Part shown: piece by piece, positions 1-11,252 of the stretch
Numbering within the stretch: the first letter of the stretch is position 1
Layout: each line of letters begins with the position of its first letter
NCBI GenBank assembly: GCA_013115125.1
Contig: JABANN010000249.1
Location: 1-47,445, forward strand
Source: Perkinsus olseni
Lineage: Eukaryota
Reading direction: 5' to 3'
Length of the DNA stretch: 47,445 nt
Translations under genes and position numbers: made by a program
Notes under the pieces: model-generated
Database searches by the model: none
The model's input: the letters and a program-made list of their open reading frames with translations, nothing else
Told to the model about the DNA's origin: nothing

Positions 1-39
1 GCTGACAGAACTCAGCAGAGGCGTAGCTGAGGAGACCAG

Positions 40-188
40 CGATTGACAAGGCAGCTGTTGCCAGGCGCATGAGGGAGGAGGTCTTGAGTGACGAGGAAAG
101 AACAGTAATAGACAAACTGAGATATGCCCAGGCGTCTCAAGGGGATGCCAGCGACGGGCAAACACCACAATTCGGCGGTGGGCGCTAA
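40..188 (+). CDS. Probable last exon of a gene starting left of the window (IDKAAVARRMREEVLSDEERTVIDKLRYAQ...GGGR*)
   Basis: AG acceptor at 38-39, open frame with helical-looking translation ending at TAA 186-188; no recognisable family. Confidence 0.3.
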
Positions 189-1939
189 CTGCGTATAAAC
201 CTAGAGCTTCCTGAGAACCGTTCTGTGATCCCAGTCGAGCTGAGGATGCAGGGCCATCACGAAGAATGAGCCTGTTTTCTCTGGCTACCCAGTGGATAGC
301 TGGTGGGAGTCTCGCAGAGCTTCTCATCGCTGCTATTCAATGCGCTGTTCACGTGTGAACATTTCATATGCACGCATGCACACATGGGGAGATCTCTGAG
401 TTCGAGCTCCGAGTTTGTGGTTGCGGCAAAGTAACTCATGGAACGGTCTGACGAGATCTCCAAGCTATTGAGGTTATACGCCTGAGCTCAACAATCATCA
501 TTTTTGAGGGGTCAAGGGCCTAATGGATTTCAAGGAATCGCCAAAAGCTTTCTCAATGCATCGTGTTGTATATGGGATGTTCGCCGACTCGGCACTTACT
601 GTGCTAAGAGACTCGGCGACGCCGAGCCTCTTAGCTGCTACCAGCTTCTCAACATCATCATTGAGGTTGTGTTGAATGAGTACCCTGTCAGTTCAGCCTC
701 ACCCTTGCAGCAAGGGCCTCGCCTGAACTGTTAAGATAGCATGAGATGTAGCACGGGCTTGGGATCGCCCCCAGACACAAGTCCAGCAACAACAGGGGTT
801 TGCTACTTTGGCGTCGCTGAACGGAATTATACACGTCTGGCATTGTAGATTATACGGATCACAAGTGAAACCTTTATCAACAGCCTTAACCAGCCAAACA
901 GACAGACCAACGCCCGCAAGCAGCAGCACAGGCCAATAATAAAAAGTATAGACATGCTTGGCTACTACGGTGCGCAATACGGACAGCGTGAGCTGTGATG
1001 CATCAAGACCCGCAGTCCAGACGACAATTCTGTGCTCCCGAAGAAAGTCGTGGAACGGGCGACCACACCCGTGACCATCGAGCGCAAGTCACCACCTTGC
1101 TCGATCTCAGACGTATCGCCCCCGGACCACATCCAGGGTTCACGACCGCCATTCAGGAGACTTCGCTGCCGTCGTGAGAGTGCAGGACCTCAATAACATG
1201 AAAACACTACTTCCCCTCTCGGATTATTGCACGTGAATGTCATACAGTGTTATTAAATACCCCGCGTCGATCAATGGAGACGTGGATTGCAAGAATTAGT
1301 CAATGTTGCTTTCTCAACCATCGTGAGAACTATGGATCACAAGTGATTGGAATCTAGTATAATAGAGCGTGTAACGGGGCTCGTGTTAATACGCAGGGAG
1401 AGATGCGGCGTGTATTCACTGATGAACACTACAAGTCATTCAACCGTGGGCGAGCGAGAAGTCAATCGAATGCTCGAGGAAGCGATATTGCACAATTGAC
1501 AGGCGCTAGTAGCCCGTCATGGGAGTTGTAGGAGCACGAACGACAGTAAGACTAGTCCACGGTTGACGAACACGATCACCGGGCCGATGTACGAAAAGGG
1601 GCAACTAAGACAATAGCTTTCTCAAAGATCGATCAACGTCATGTGTACGCATGCACATCGGCGCGCTGACCACTGGCGCATCAACAACTCCACCTCTAGC
1701 GTGGCTGCTATGTAGTTTCTATGCAGTATGAAAGTCTCACAAGGCTTCATTGATTTCATTGAGGTTCCCTTAGTTGCGATTCTTTGACAATTCACCTTTC
1801 GTAGTGCGGAGGCTTCTTCCCCTTCGCTCTGTGCGGCGCAAGAAGCCCTTTTACATGAACTCTCGGCTCTTTCCAGGACACATCTCGTAGAGCAGGACAG
1901 CGCCTGAGCCTCCAAAGACGTTCTTACAGCGTTGCCTTT

Positions 1940-3358
1940 TAGCCACCCATTCTCTTTCTCGGCGGCCTGGGATTAGCTGTCGTCCACTCCTCTGTCCCCA
2001 GGATGGTATCTTGGGCGAGCTACTGACGGCACTAGGCGTTGCTGGCCCGATATGGTTCCCTCCCATATTGTCATTCGTCCGTTGAGTCCGGTTCGTCAGA
2101 AATCCTCTATCATCTACACTGGTTGGAATGGTTCGAGCTCCTTTATTGCTTCTGGATACCCTAAACCCTACTCGAATTTGACATTCGCCGATAAAGTGTA
2201 TCGTAGAGAGAATTTCTATTACATCAATGACGTGCACTATTACCCCAAGGTTGCCCTTCATCTGGAGCAGATCGAGTTCTCTCCGCGTATCCCGTTCCGC
2301 ATGGACGACGGAGGGCTACTGATGTACCTGGACGCTCGACAGGAAGGGAATAGGAAATTCTACCATCTTGACTGCCCCATTCATCGCCATAAAGTCAACA
2401 ATACCAACACAGCACTTGCATTATCTGCGTTGTCTCAGGCAGGCAAAGCCTGGCCCGTTCACCGTACACGGGCTCCTGTCTCTTCCCCTAAGACGGTCGT
2501 GGCTGGCAAGAATGATAAGGTGGCAACCGGTGGTACTGGCTCTGTCGTATCGGTCAAAAGACGGACGTTGGAAAGGTCACCTCAGAGAGACCTGTCTCGG
2601 AAGAGGATTTATCCGACCGGACCGGTGGGGGGAGAGGCCAAAAGGTCTGCGGGCTCGTTAGGTGACGCAACGCAAGTGCCCAGGGGCTCTCGCTAATCGG
2701 TATTAGCCGCTTCTCGAGGAATTGTCCAGGGTGATAATGTCGGTGAGGCAACGAAGGCTACGGCTGCTGTCTCTGCGCCACGAAAAGAGATGGAAAGCTC
2801 GAGAGGGAAGAGGAAGGAAGCGGTCTCCCCAAGCAGAGGACAGAGTCAGTGGCAGAGGACGGTCGAGCGGTTGAGAGGCTCCATAGGGGCAGGCGACCTG
2901 CAACGGGTAGCCGCCGCCTTCCTCGGCCATTCCATAAACAGGGGGCAACTGAGGTTGGGAAAGTGATTCTGGAGGGTAGAGTGAAATCAGTAGATGGGCA
3001 GATGATCCTCTCTGGACCGGTTACGATGACTTTCGAGTCTACCTTGGACCACTCTTACACTCGCCTCCATTTGCCCGGTCTCCATCCCATCTCCACACGC
3101 GCTGGGCACAACACTTATTTCGGCCTCCGATGTTATCGTCCGTGGCAGCACTTCGATGGGCTGTCGGAATTGACACCTGAGTTGGCAGCGGCGGAGGGAA
3201 TTATGAAAATATGTCCACTTCGGGTGGACAACATTTACATTTGTATTAACAGTGGTATGTGGAGGATACATCTCGGAGAGGAGGCTGTTGATGGATTGGG
3301 AAGGGAAGTTGTACTCCCCTTGGTAGATGTTGATGACCCTTTGGACCCACTCGACTAG
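1940..3358 (+). pseudogene. Disrupted paralog of the secreted protein at 6670-8175
   Basis: Fragments align with the 501-aa ORF: GWYLGRATDGTRRCWPDM vs GLYVGKATGVTKACWPSM; RIPF...LDAR...YHLDCPIH vs RIPF...LDAR...YHVDCPVH; near-identical C-terminus. In-frame TAG near 1975, TAA at 2694-2696, frame change before 2849, signal-like peptide in another frame. Confidence 0.75.
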
Positions 3359-3799
3359 TATGTCATGTTACTCGATGTATTCTATTTATCGCCTGTTCGA
3401 TGTTCTGAAGAGGCGGTAGGGGTCATCATACTAATAACCATGGTGATAATGATGTCCATCTTGGTTATATATTGTTGTGTTGATAGAGTCGTCAGTCGTC
3501 TTCAATGCGGAGGATGTTCAACAGTCAGGCTCGGCGATTGAAACGGTATTGTGAGAACTCACGGTGGCCGAGCGTCCTGGTCAGCTCTTGTCTTGCATGC
3601 GTCAATCCCCATCCAGTATTCAAAGGAACGGCCGAGCCGGTCTGTATGATCTTGGCAAGTAGGGCTTCTTCGATAAACTGTTACCGTACCGAGAGGTTCA
3701 TCATCGCTGGCAGGCGGCCGAATGGGAGGGGTCTGTCGAGTGGTTTCGGTCCAACAGCAGCCGAGTCGATTCCCGAGATGCACGATGGGTGCCCTAATG

Positions 3800-5280
3800 T
3801 GACCAAGCATGTGGTTGTGAAGGTGACTGGGATGGATGAGGATTATCCCTCCACTCCCTCTGCAGGTCCTCGGCAACCCAAGGAAGGGCCCATACGAGCT
3901 GCAAGTACGATCGCTAGAGGAACTCAGCGAATGGGTTGGGCGGAAATGGGACCCCACAGGCAGCGGGTCATGCCAACTCATGACGGCTGCCAATTTCCCT
4001 CTGACGCAAGTAGTAGCGGCAGTGCTCAGGAGTCATCACCGCGAATGGTTGATCGCCCTTTGAGCTGACTAGGAGACGCGGGAGTGATTTGTTGTTACTC
4101 GTAGGAGCGTTTTTCCAAGCCGACGTCCTCCCGAGTTCCAATGGTCGTGCATGTGCGCCGAAGAGGCACGGAGACGGAAAAGTCGGAAGAGCTACAGAGA
4201 AGACTCGTAGCGAACAATGAGTCCCTATCGGTACTGCGGGGCATTGGCACTTGATGTGGGCTACAACTCACACCTCGGGTGAGGGACGGCTTCCTCACCG
4301 CTTCCCTCGATAGTGTCTGATATTGCCTGGAATCGTGACGTGACGAGACGTGTTCGATGCTAGGTCGAATTGGAGAGCGTGAGGTCCTCGAGTGAGGAGC
4401 TGGTCAGGCGTGTTTCGGAGTTAGAAGTTGCCCTCTTGGCGAAGCATGAAGCGGATGAGCGGGAGGGCCAATCTCGACCATTTGGTGGTAGTGACTTTTT
4501 GGCTGAATGGTTAGTGCTCTCGGTTATCCGTGTTTCGGTCGTGGGTTCTATCCCCGCTCGTTTAGGTTTGCAGGCCGATGAGAATCTTATCACCGGATCT
4601 CTAAGGTAGTGTAACCGCATCATCCCGACTATCATTAACATGCCCGTTTTCTAGAGCCCTCCGGTCGGTCCGAGAACGACCAGTGTTGGCGATATTAGTC
4701 GTCCTTGCGATCTTCACCGTCATGGTGCTGTCGGTGGTGACCGGGCATATCGCTGCAGCGTCTACTATAGCAGCTCATCGTGGAGATACGGAGAAGCTTA
4801 TAGCTGCTCAGGGGGTGAGACACTTGTCCGGTCGGCGGTCAACCTCATCGTTATACCTTGTTCCGCGAATTGGTTTTATCGAAACTTTCCTGGGGCATTA
4901 GTTCGTAGGAAAGGAGGTAATAAGGTCGAAAGTTTTGGTTCGAAGTTGATTCACGAAATCGATGTCGTTATTGGCGGAATTGAACTCCCAACTGGAGCGC
5001 CACCGCTAAACTTACCTCTTCAATCGCCGAGTTGGTATCCCCGTGTCGACCCTACCGCCGAATTGCTGTATCGTGGCGCAGCGGCCCCATCCGGCGAGTA
5101 GACTTCTGCTGCTGATGCTGCTGCTGCTGCTGGTGGTATAAATGACGGGTGGGCGTTGATGAGATGTTGAGTGCTCTCAGGCGGACATCGAGGCGAGTTT
5201 GTCGCAGAACAGTACGGCGGAGGTCATAGCTTGGCGAGAGGAGACTCGTCAGGATCTTCACGACTACTTTGAACGCCTCT
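3800..5280 (+). CDS. Possible multi-exon coiled-coil protein with one transmembrane helix (boundaries uncertain)
   Basis: Exon-like pieces separated by GT..AG segments: TEKSEELQRRLVANNE, ESVRSSSEELVRRVSELEVALLAKHE, hydrophobic VLAILVVLAIFTVMVLSVV. Confidence 0.3.
5106..5132. repeat. Imperfect (CTG)9 microsatellite
   Basis: ctgctgctgatgctgctgctgctgctg. Confidence 0.85.
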
Positions 5281-6669
5281 TGAATGTAACCGAGATGGGA
5301 TTTGCGTACTTGAAGGTAATATTAACACCAGCAGCCTCAGTGAAATGTGGAAGGGAATAACTTGGCGGGGTATTTATTAGTGTGTTACTCATAAAGCGTC
5401 GGTCGTCTTGTGCATGCGTGCATAGCTTATTCCCTTCGAGAGAGAGTCAGCGTAGAAGGAAAGGTAGATGAGCTTTAAACTTCTCGTCGCATTGCGTTGA
5501 CTATGAGCAACAACAAAATTTGTTGAACAGATGCCACCTTCCCTGTGAGTTTTTTTCTCGCATGGGCCTCGAAAATTTTTACCTCTCGGCCGTTACCAGG
5601 GCCGTACAGGAAGACGTCGACGCCGTTTTCCTGGGGCTTCTATTTTTTCAGACGGATATCGACAATCGGTTTGAGGAGCTGTCGCCTAACAACAGCAAGG
5701 CTGCTGGGTCGATGGAAACAGCGCGTGGAGACATGGAGAGACATCTTCGTTTTCCGGGCGCATCTGTCTCGTCCGAAGGCGCGGATCGGCGGACAGGGTT
5801 GAAAACCAAGGCGGTGGCTGGAAGCCCGGAAGACCAGCTGTTGAGGGACATATCGCCCTAGTCGGGGAGATTCGACTGAATTAGTTTTTGAGAAATTGTG
5901 GGAGTCCCAGCGGTCAAGTCGTGTCTTGGAGGGAAAAGGGGGGCATCTTTATTGGGGTTTCGAGCTGAGCTTTCCAGACTGTCACATTTTCACAGATGTA
6001 TGTTTAACGTCATCTTTTTTGCGGTGTGTTGTGTATCGGGTCAATGGGTTCGCAAAAGTGCTGCCATCGGGAGGGTTGATGGAGACCTCGTTGATGACGA
6101 TCGGCTGGTCACTGGTTGGGATTTTCCTCGCTGTAGCATCCTTCTGGGTGCGACTCTAGAATAGAGATTGAGCGTATTCGTTACGGTGCTGAGAACTCCG
6201 ATCGTGCCATCATCATCATCGAGGTATGTGGATACTGATTTTAGCTCACTTGTTGCTTTGGGTGGCCGCCACCTGGTGGCGTCTGCGGAGGTGCAGTCGG
6301 AGGTGCACTCGAACGCTCCATTTATTCTCATTGGGAACAGTCTACTGCCCGCCATGGGGAGTAAGGGTTTGGGCGATGGTCGACAGTGCCGTCAACTCCG
6401 CTCCGCTCGGGAGACGGCGCTTGTTTCGGAATTTTCGTCTTTCCTGCTCGTGTAGCTTTCCCATCTGCTGCTTCTTTTTCGCAGTGTAGGAACCCGAGCA
6501 GCTCTTCAGGGGCGATCATCATAGTGAGAAATGTGGGAACAACAGCGTAGCGGGCGCTGTTCTTCTATCCAATTTGATAACCGAGACGGACGGTAACCGC
6601 TCGAAAGGTGTTGTTTCCTTCCATTTCCCGCCTCTCGACTGTCTGCTTAGACTGTTCATCACTTAAGGA

Positions 6670-8175
6670 ATGAGAATAATGATACTTCTCCTGCTTCACT
6701 GGAGCGTGTTGGTTGAGGGGACGACGCTGCCGACTGCCACGCGGGGTTTATATGTTGGTAAAGCTACTGGGGTTACTAAGGCGTGCTGGCCTAGCATGGC
6801 CAGGATTCATCTCTTTTTCGAACCGACCACTGAGGCCCTCGGCCGAGTGTCTACTCTTTCCCTCACCCAGGAGAATGGCCGGAGCAGTTGTATCGCTTCA
6901 GGGGAGGCTTTGGCATATCCAACTTCTGTCTTTATGACAGACCGGGGTTCTGGAACGTGTTTCTTCATAAACTCGGAACATACTTATCCGGGAGGCACTC
7001 GGAAGCCCGTACCATTTCCGGCGCGTATCCCCTTCTGTATTAAGGATGGCAGCCTGACTGCTTTTCTTGATGCACGGGAAGATGAAAATGGGCGGGTGTA
7101 TCATGTTGATTGCCCTGTTCATCTTGAGAAGGTTAGTCGGCGCGTTTCAGTATCTCCAGTTCGACCGGAGGAGGCTTCGGCCGAGGTGCAAACCTCTCGA
7201 CAGACGCTGGTGCCTCGCCACTTAGGTGTCGCAGCCAGTGGGTTGCGAGGAAGGCGGAGGGTGGTTCGCGGGCGCGCTCGTGTGGTGAAGATTTTGATTG
7301 GAATAGACGAACTGAAGCGTCAGGAGAGGCTGAGGCTTATTGAAGTCAATGATGAATCTGTTACGCAGGAGAAAACGAGGGATGGGGATACGCTCGAGGA
7401 GGCTAGTTTACACGACGAGAAGGGTCGAGCGGCCAGTGCTGCATCGAAGACGCTGGAAAAAGAGGTTGTTGATGATATTGTGATGGACGATGAAAGGCAG
7501 GTGGCTAGCGGCTTTGATGCTGCGTCCAAGGAGGAGGGCGGAGTGATTATTGGGAATGTGATGACGCTCGACGAAAGGGGGCCCACTAGTGGTTCTAGTT
7601 CTGCTTCTGGAGTGGATGCCGTCGAGGTTGTTGAGGATGCTGTGATGCGGGAGAATGCGATGGCTAGTGGTTCTAGCCTGGGGTGTTCGACACCCGAGCT
7701 TAGTCCAGCAGCGGCCAGACTCTATTCACAGACTAGGTTGATTCCATTTGTTAAGCAGGGGACAACAGGGTTAGCAAGGGTGATAGTGGAAGGTGCGATT
7801 GTTGTGCTTGGGAAATTGGTGACGCTGTGCGGGCCGGTGTATCTGACGTGCGAATCGACTGACTCGGATGCTTCATTTATCCGCCTACCTCCCCTGAGGG
7901 TAGAGGGGAGTCCCCTCTACCCTTCCCAGATCAGAGGACTCCAGTCATTGGGGTGTTATTACTTTGGGGCTCAGTCTCAAGAAGAAATAACACCTGAGTT
8001 GGCAACGGCGGAGGGGATTATGAAAATAAGTCCACTTCGGATGGACAACATTTACATTTGTATTAACAGTGGTATGTGGAGGATACATCTCGGAGAGGAG
8101 ACTGTTGATGGATGGGGAAGGGAAGTTGTACTCCCCTTGGTAGATGTTGATGACCCTTTCGACCCTCTCGACTAG
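6670..8175 (+). CDS. Secreted hypothetical protein, 501 aa (two globular regions joined by an acidic low-complexity linker)
   Basis: Intronless ORF; N-terminal signal-like MRIMILLLLHWSVLVEG; paralog at 1940-3358. Confidence 0.8.
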   Translation: MRIMILLLLHWSVLVEGTTLPTATRGLYVGKATGVTKACWPSMARIHLFFEPTTEALGRVSTLSLTQENGRSSCIASGEALAYPTSVFMTDRGSGTCFFINSEHTYPGGTRKPVPFPARIPFCIKDGSLTAFLDAREDENGRVYHVDCPVHLEKVSRRVSVSPVRPEEASAEVQTSRQTLVPRHLGVAASGLRGRRRVVRGRARVVKILIGIDELKRQERLRLIEVNDESVTQEKTRDGDTLEEASLHDEKGRAASAASKTLEKEVVDDIVMDDERQVASGFDAASKEEGGVIIGNVMTLDERGPTSGSSSASGVDAVEVVEDAVMRENAMASGSSLGCSTPELSPAAARLYSQTRLIPFVKQGTTGLARVIVEGAIVVLGKLVTLCGPVYLTCESTDSDASFIRLPPLRVEGSPLYPSQIRGLQSLGCYYFGAQSQEEITPELATAEGIMKISPLRMDNIYICINSGMWRIHLGEETVDGWGREVVLPLVDVDDPFDPLD

Positions 8176-11100
8176 GGTGTCATGTTATTCGATGTACTCT
8201 ATTTATCACCTGTTCGTCTGCCTGTGATGGTGGTGTGAATTCACGTAATGCTGTTTAGGAATGTCTTTGTGTTCAAAGTTGATTTTTCGTCCTTGCGGCG
8301 TTGTGATAGTGATGTAGTGATCTTTGCTGTGCAGAGAATACCTCCCTCCCATGATGATCAGCTAAAATAGAAAGAATCTCTATTTTATCTTGTGATCTCA
8401 TCATGCACCTTCTGTACTTGGGCTGTTATCGAAAGAAATGCTGGTTGATACTCGGTGGAGGCTTCTTGATTGCCCTTGGGTTCGCATAATCTGAGTTACC
8501 TCGGTGGTGATCATGAGACACCGGTTCAGAGAACTCGTTGGTCGTGCTTGCCGATGCTGATGGTCTATTCTTCAATATGAATAATAGGGAACCCGAGGTG
8601 ACCGGATGCCGCCACTCTGCAGCGTTGCCGCTTTCCTCCATTCATGGTTGGGCCGAATGCACTGCTACAGAACCTCTTCTCCAACATGCCAGGAGCCGAT
8701 CTGGCTCTTCAAGCTAGCTGGCAGGTAGGTACCTGCTCGTTTCTGATGTGAGTTGCGGAAGGAGTGGTATGACCGGAACATCATCTTCGCAGAATAATAA
8801 GCTTCTAGTGCATCCTGAGCTGGCGTTCGTACCGACGCAGAAGGCAGTCGCCGGTGAAGCCGCTGTTGGAGCCGCGAAAGTGAGCACCATCTGCTGCTCG
8901 CGGCCTGCTACTGTCTCATTGAAGCTTTCCTTATACATGGTGCTGTATATGCCACGGCACGACTCATGAATCGTCTCTGTCGGTGACATTATCAGTAACG
9001 CACTGAAAACTAATCACGATGGTCGTTGGAATTTCGCATGACGCGCGACAGTAAAGCACATTTCGTTGAATCATTCTCCGTTTCAAGGTAGGGGTGATAG
9101 GTAACCCAAGCAGTGACCCAGAGGGCTGCCTCCCACACTATGTCCTTGGCAAGGCATGCACAGCATGTAGCGGCCGAGGCTGATAATCTGCGGAAACTGG
9201 TCGAAAGATACGTCTTGGGAGCGGAGGTCCATACGGTAAGAGGAGAGAGTTAAGTTGTTTGGGGTAGCCATTCGGTCCGCCTCTGAGGGAAGGAGGGACG
9301 AAGTCGATTTGGTGATATTTTTGCCAGCATCCGCCTGGGATGGCGCAAATCATCCCCAAATTTTAGCGCATTCTCGCGTCGTCGGGCACGGAGGGTGGGG
9401 TTGGGTGATTTTGCAATCACCGAATTTCGGCCAGCGGCGAAAAGCTCCACCATCATTATAGCATCTACTAAGGAGCGCGCATTTTTCGCAGGCAAATGGG
9501 AAAAAATTTTGTGTCTCGTTGCCTACTATGAGTCTGGAGTTGAAGGCTTTGACAGGGTATGGATAGAGTTCGTGGAATATGACAAGTTAGGACGAAGCGG
9601 CTACTGACGTATGCGGGCGAGGGAAAAAACCACCCCCTCCAAGCGTACAGATCTCTTAGGTCACACCCACGAATACTGATACTAATAGACGCTCTGGTGA
9701 TGTTCAGGTGCCGCCGATGCAGCTGCCTGAGCCTCCGCCGAGTTACTCGGTGTACCCTTACCCAGTGGATAGTAACCGGGTGGAGCCGATGCTGCAATGG
9801 AGGACACCTGGCACTGTGCTACCTCGACAGCTGCATTACGGCATCGATCAGTAGGGTGTGGACTTTAGTTGCTTTTTCGGCGTCCCGGCATAGCACTCCA
9901 GTGCACGCGTGCGTGGTTTCACTGCGCGTTTTTTACTAGCAGTAAACTGGAATGGCCGATAGTACTACGCGGCAGTTCCGGAATTTCCTTGAGCGGACGT
10001 GAGCTCCCGTAATAAGAGTCCCCTCTACCCAATAGGATGGCTGTTGTAGCCCCTGTCAGGGGCCCCCTGAGTGGTGGAAACGTCGTCTTCGTCTTGACTA
10101 TCGAGTCGCCGACTCGCAGTCAGCCTGCATTCCAACCACTGGGACTGCGGAGGGCTCCACGACAGAGTCCTGCTAGTGTGTTTGAAGGTACTTCAACACT
10201 CATCGTGGCCATGGGGACCTCCGAGCTCCCGATTCATTCCGAGTGCAGTCCAACCGGCTGTTGAGCAAGGTGCCCATCTTCTACCCTAGTCTGCATGGCA
10301 ACGTCCATCTCCTGCAAGGTGAGGTGGTTGCTTGGTTCGTCGGTAGTTTTATGTACTGTCATCGAGTTGTTCGCGTATCAGCATTGTCTTCATTCGGAGA
10401 AACTGAAATTTTGGGAAGGTTTCTGAACGCTAATAATAGCGTTAATTAAGTCGAGCGTTATTAAGCTAATTAATAAGTTGCCTTTGATATTTTCAGAATG
10501 CTTCACGAGGCGCCGGCGATCGTTCGTCCGTGGGTTCCCGCACTGTTATTATGATGATAATTCTGATGACAGGTCCAAGCCCTCAGGCCGCGCTGATGGC
10601 CTCCTACTCCTACTGCCGACAGTCGCGGAGGGAATCCTCATTCAGAGTTGTCGACCGGTGCCCTCCATGGACTCATGCGCTTTAAGAGAGTTCTCTTCAC
10701 AGTCGATGATGTGTGGGCCTTCAGTGACCGAATTCCGGAAACATTTATTCTGAAGGGGGCGGGGAGGAAGGGAGTTCCGATATAGATGTGTCTTCGATGA
10801 GCTCACTGAAACTGACCAGCATCGACCTTGGATACTTTTTTCGGGGGTTCACCGGCAGTTGTGCACGCGTGCAAATTTTTCGTCCGTTGTGGTCAAAAAA
10901 CTTTTCGCAACGCGCTAGTCGTAGATTTTGTAAGTCACTGCGGTGAGATTCAGCAGGCGTTTTGCACAGCGGGTGTCTTCGTACTGTGTCTGTGTGTTTA
11001 TGGTTCAACACCGGAGCCGACTTGGCGAGACTTCCATCGATGTGCTTACTGAGGGCTCTCGTACAGAAAACGGGAAGGGATAACCAGATGGTTTGCCAGG

Positions 11101-11252
11101 AGAAACTCGAGGCTTCTCTTGGATAGATATTTTATCGCACTGTCATCTCAGTCTGAAGGCTCGTCACTTCCTGGGTGCACTGCGCTAGCTATACTGATGA
11201 AGAGAGAATTCTGCTGGACGAGTTGGTTGAATTTCGGTATGCAGTTTTCTCG

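Noticed and set aside
780-1000. Possible retroelement RNase H remnants (AERNY, YTDHK)
   Set aside because: The motifs are in different frames, too close together, and lack supporting context.
2694-2696. Stop-codon readthrough or alternative genetic code at the in-frame TAA
   Set aside because: The same gene has other stops and frameshifts, and TAA terminates intact genes in this window; pseudogenisation is simpler.
5052-5261. Poly-Gln ORF; likewise the poly-His ORF at 31086-31274
   Set aside because: Both are translations of microsatellites in short ORFs.
8426-10750. Several short ORFs on both strands
   Set aside because: No recognisable motifs or consistent exon chain could be built; a gene may be present but cannot be supported.
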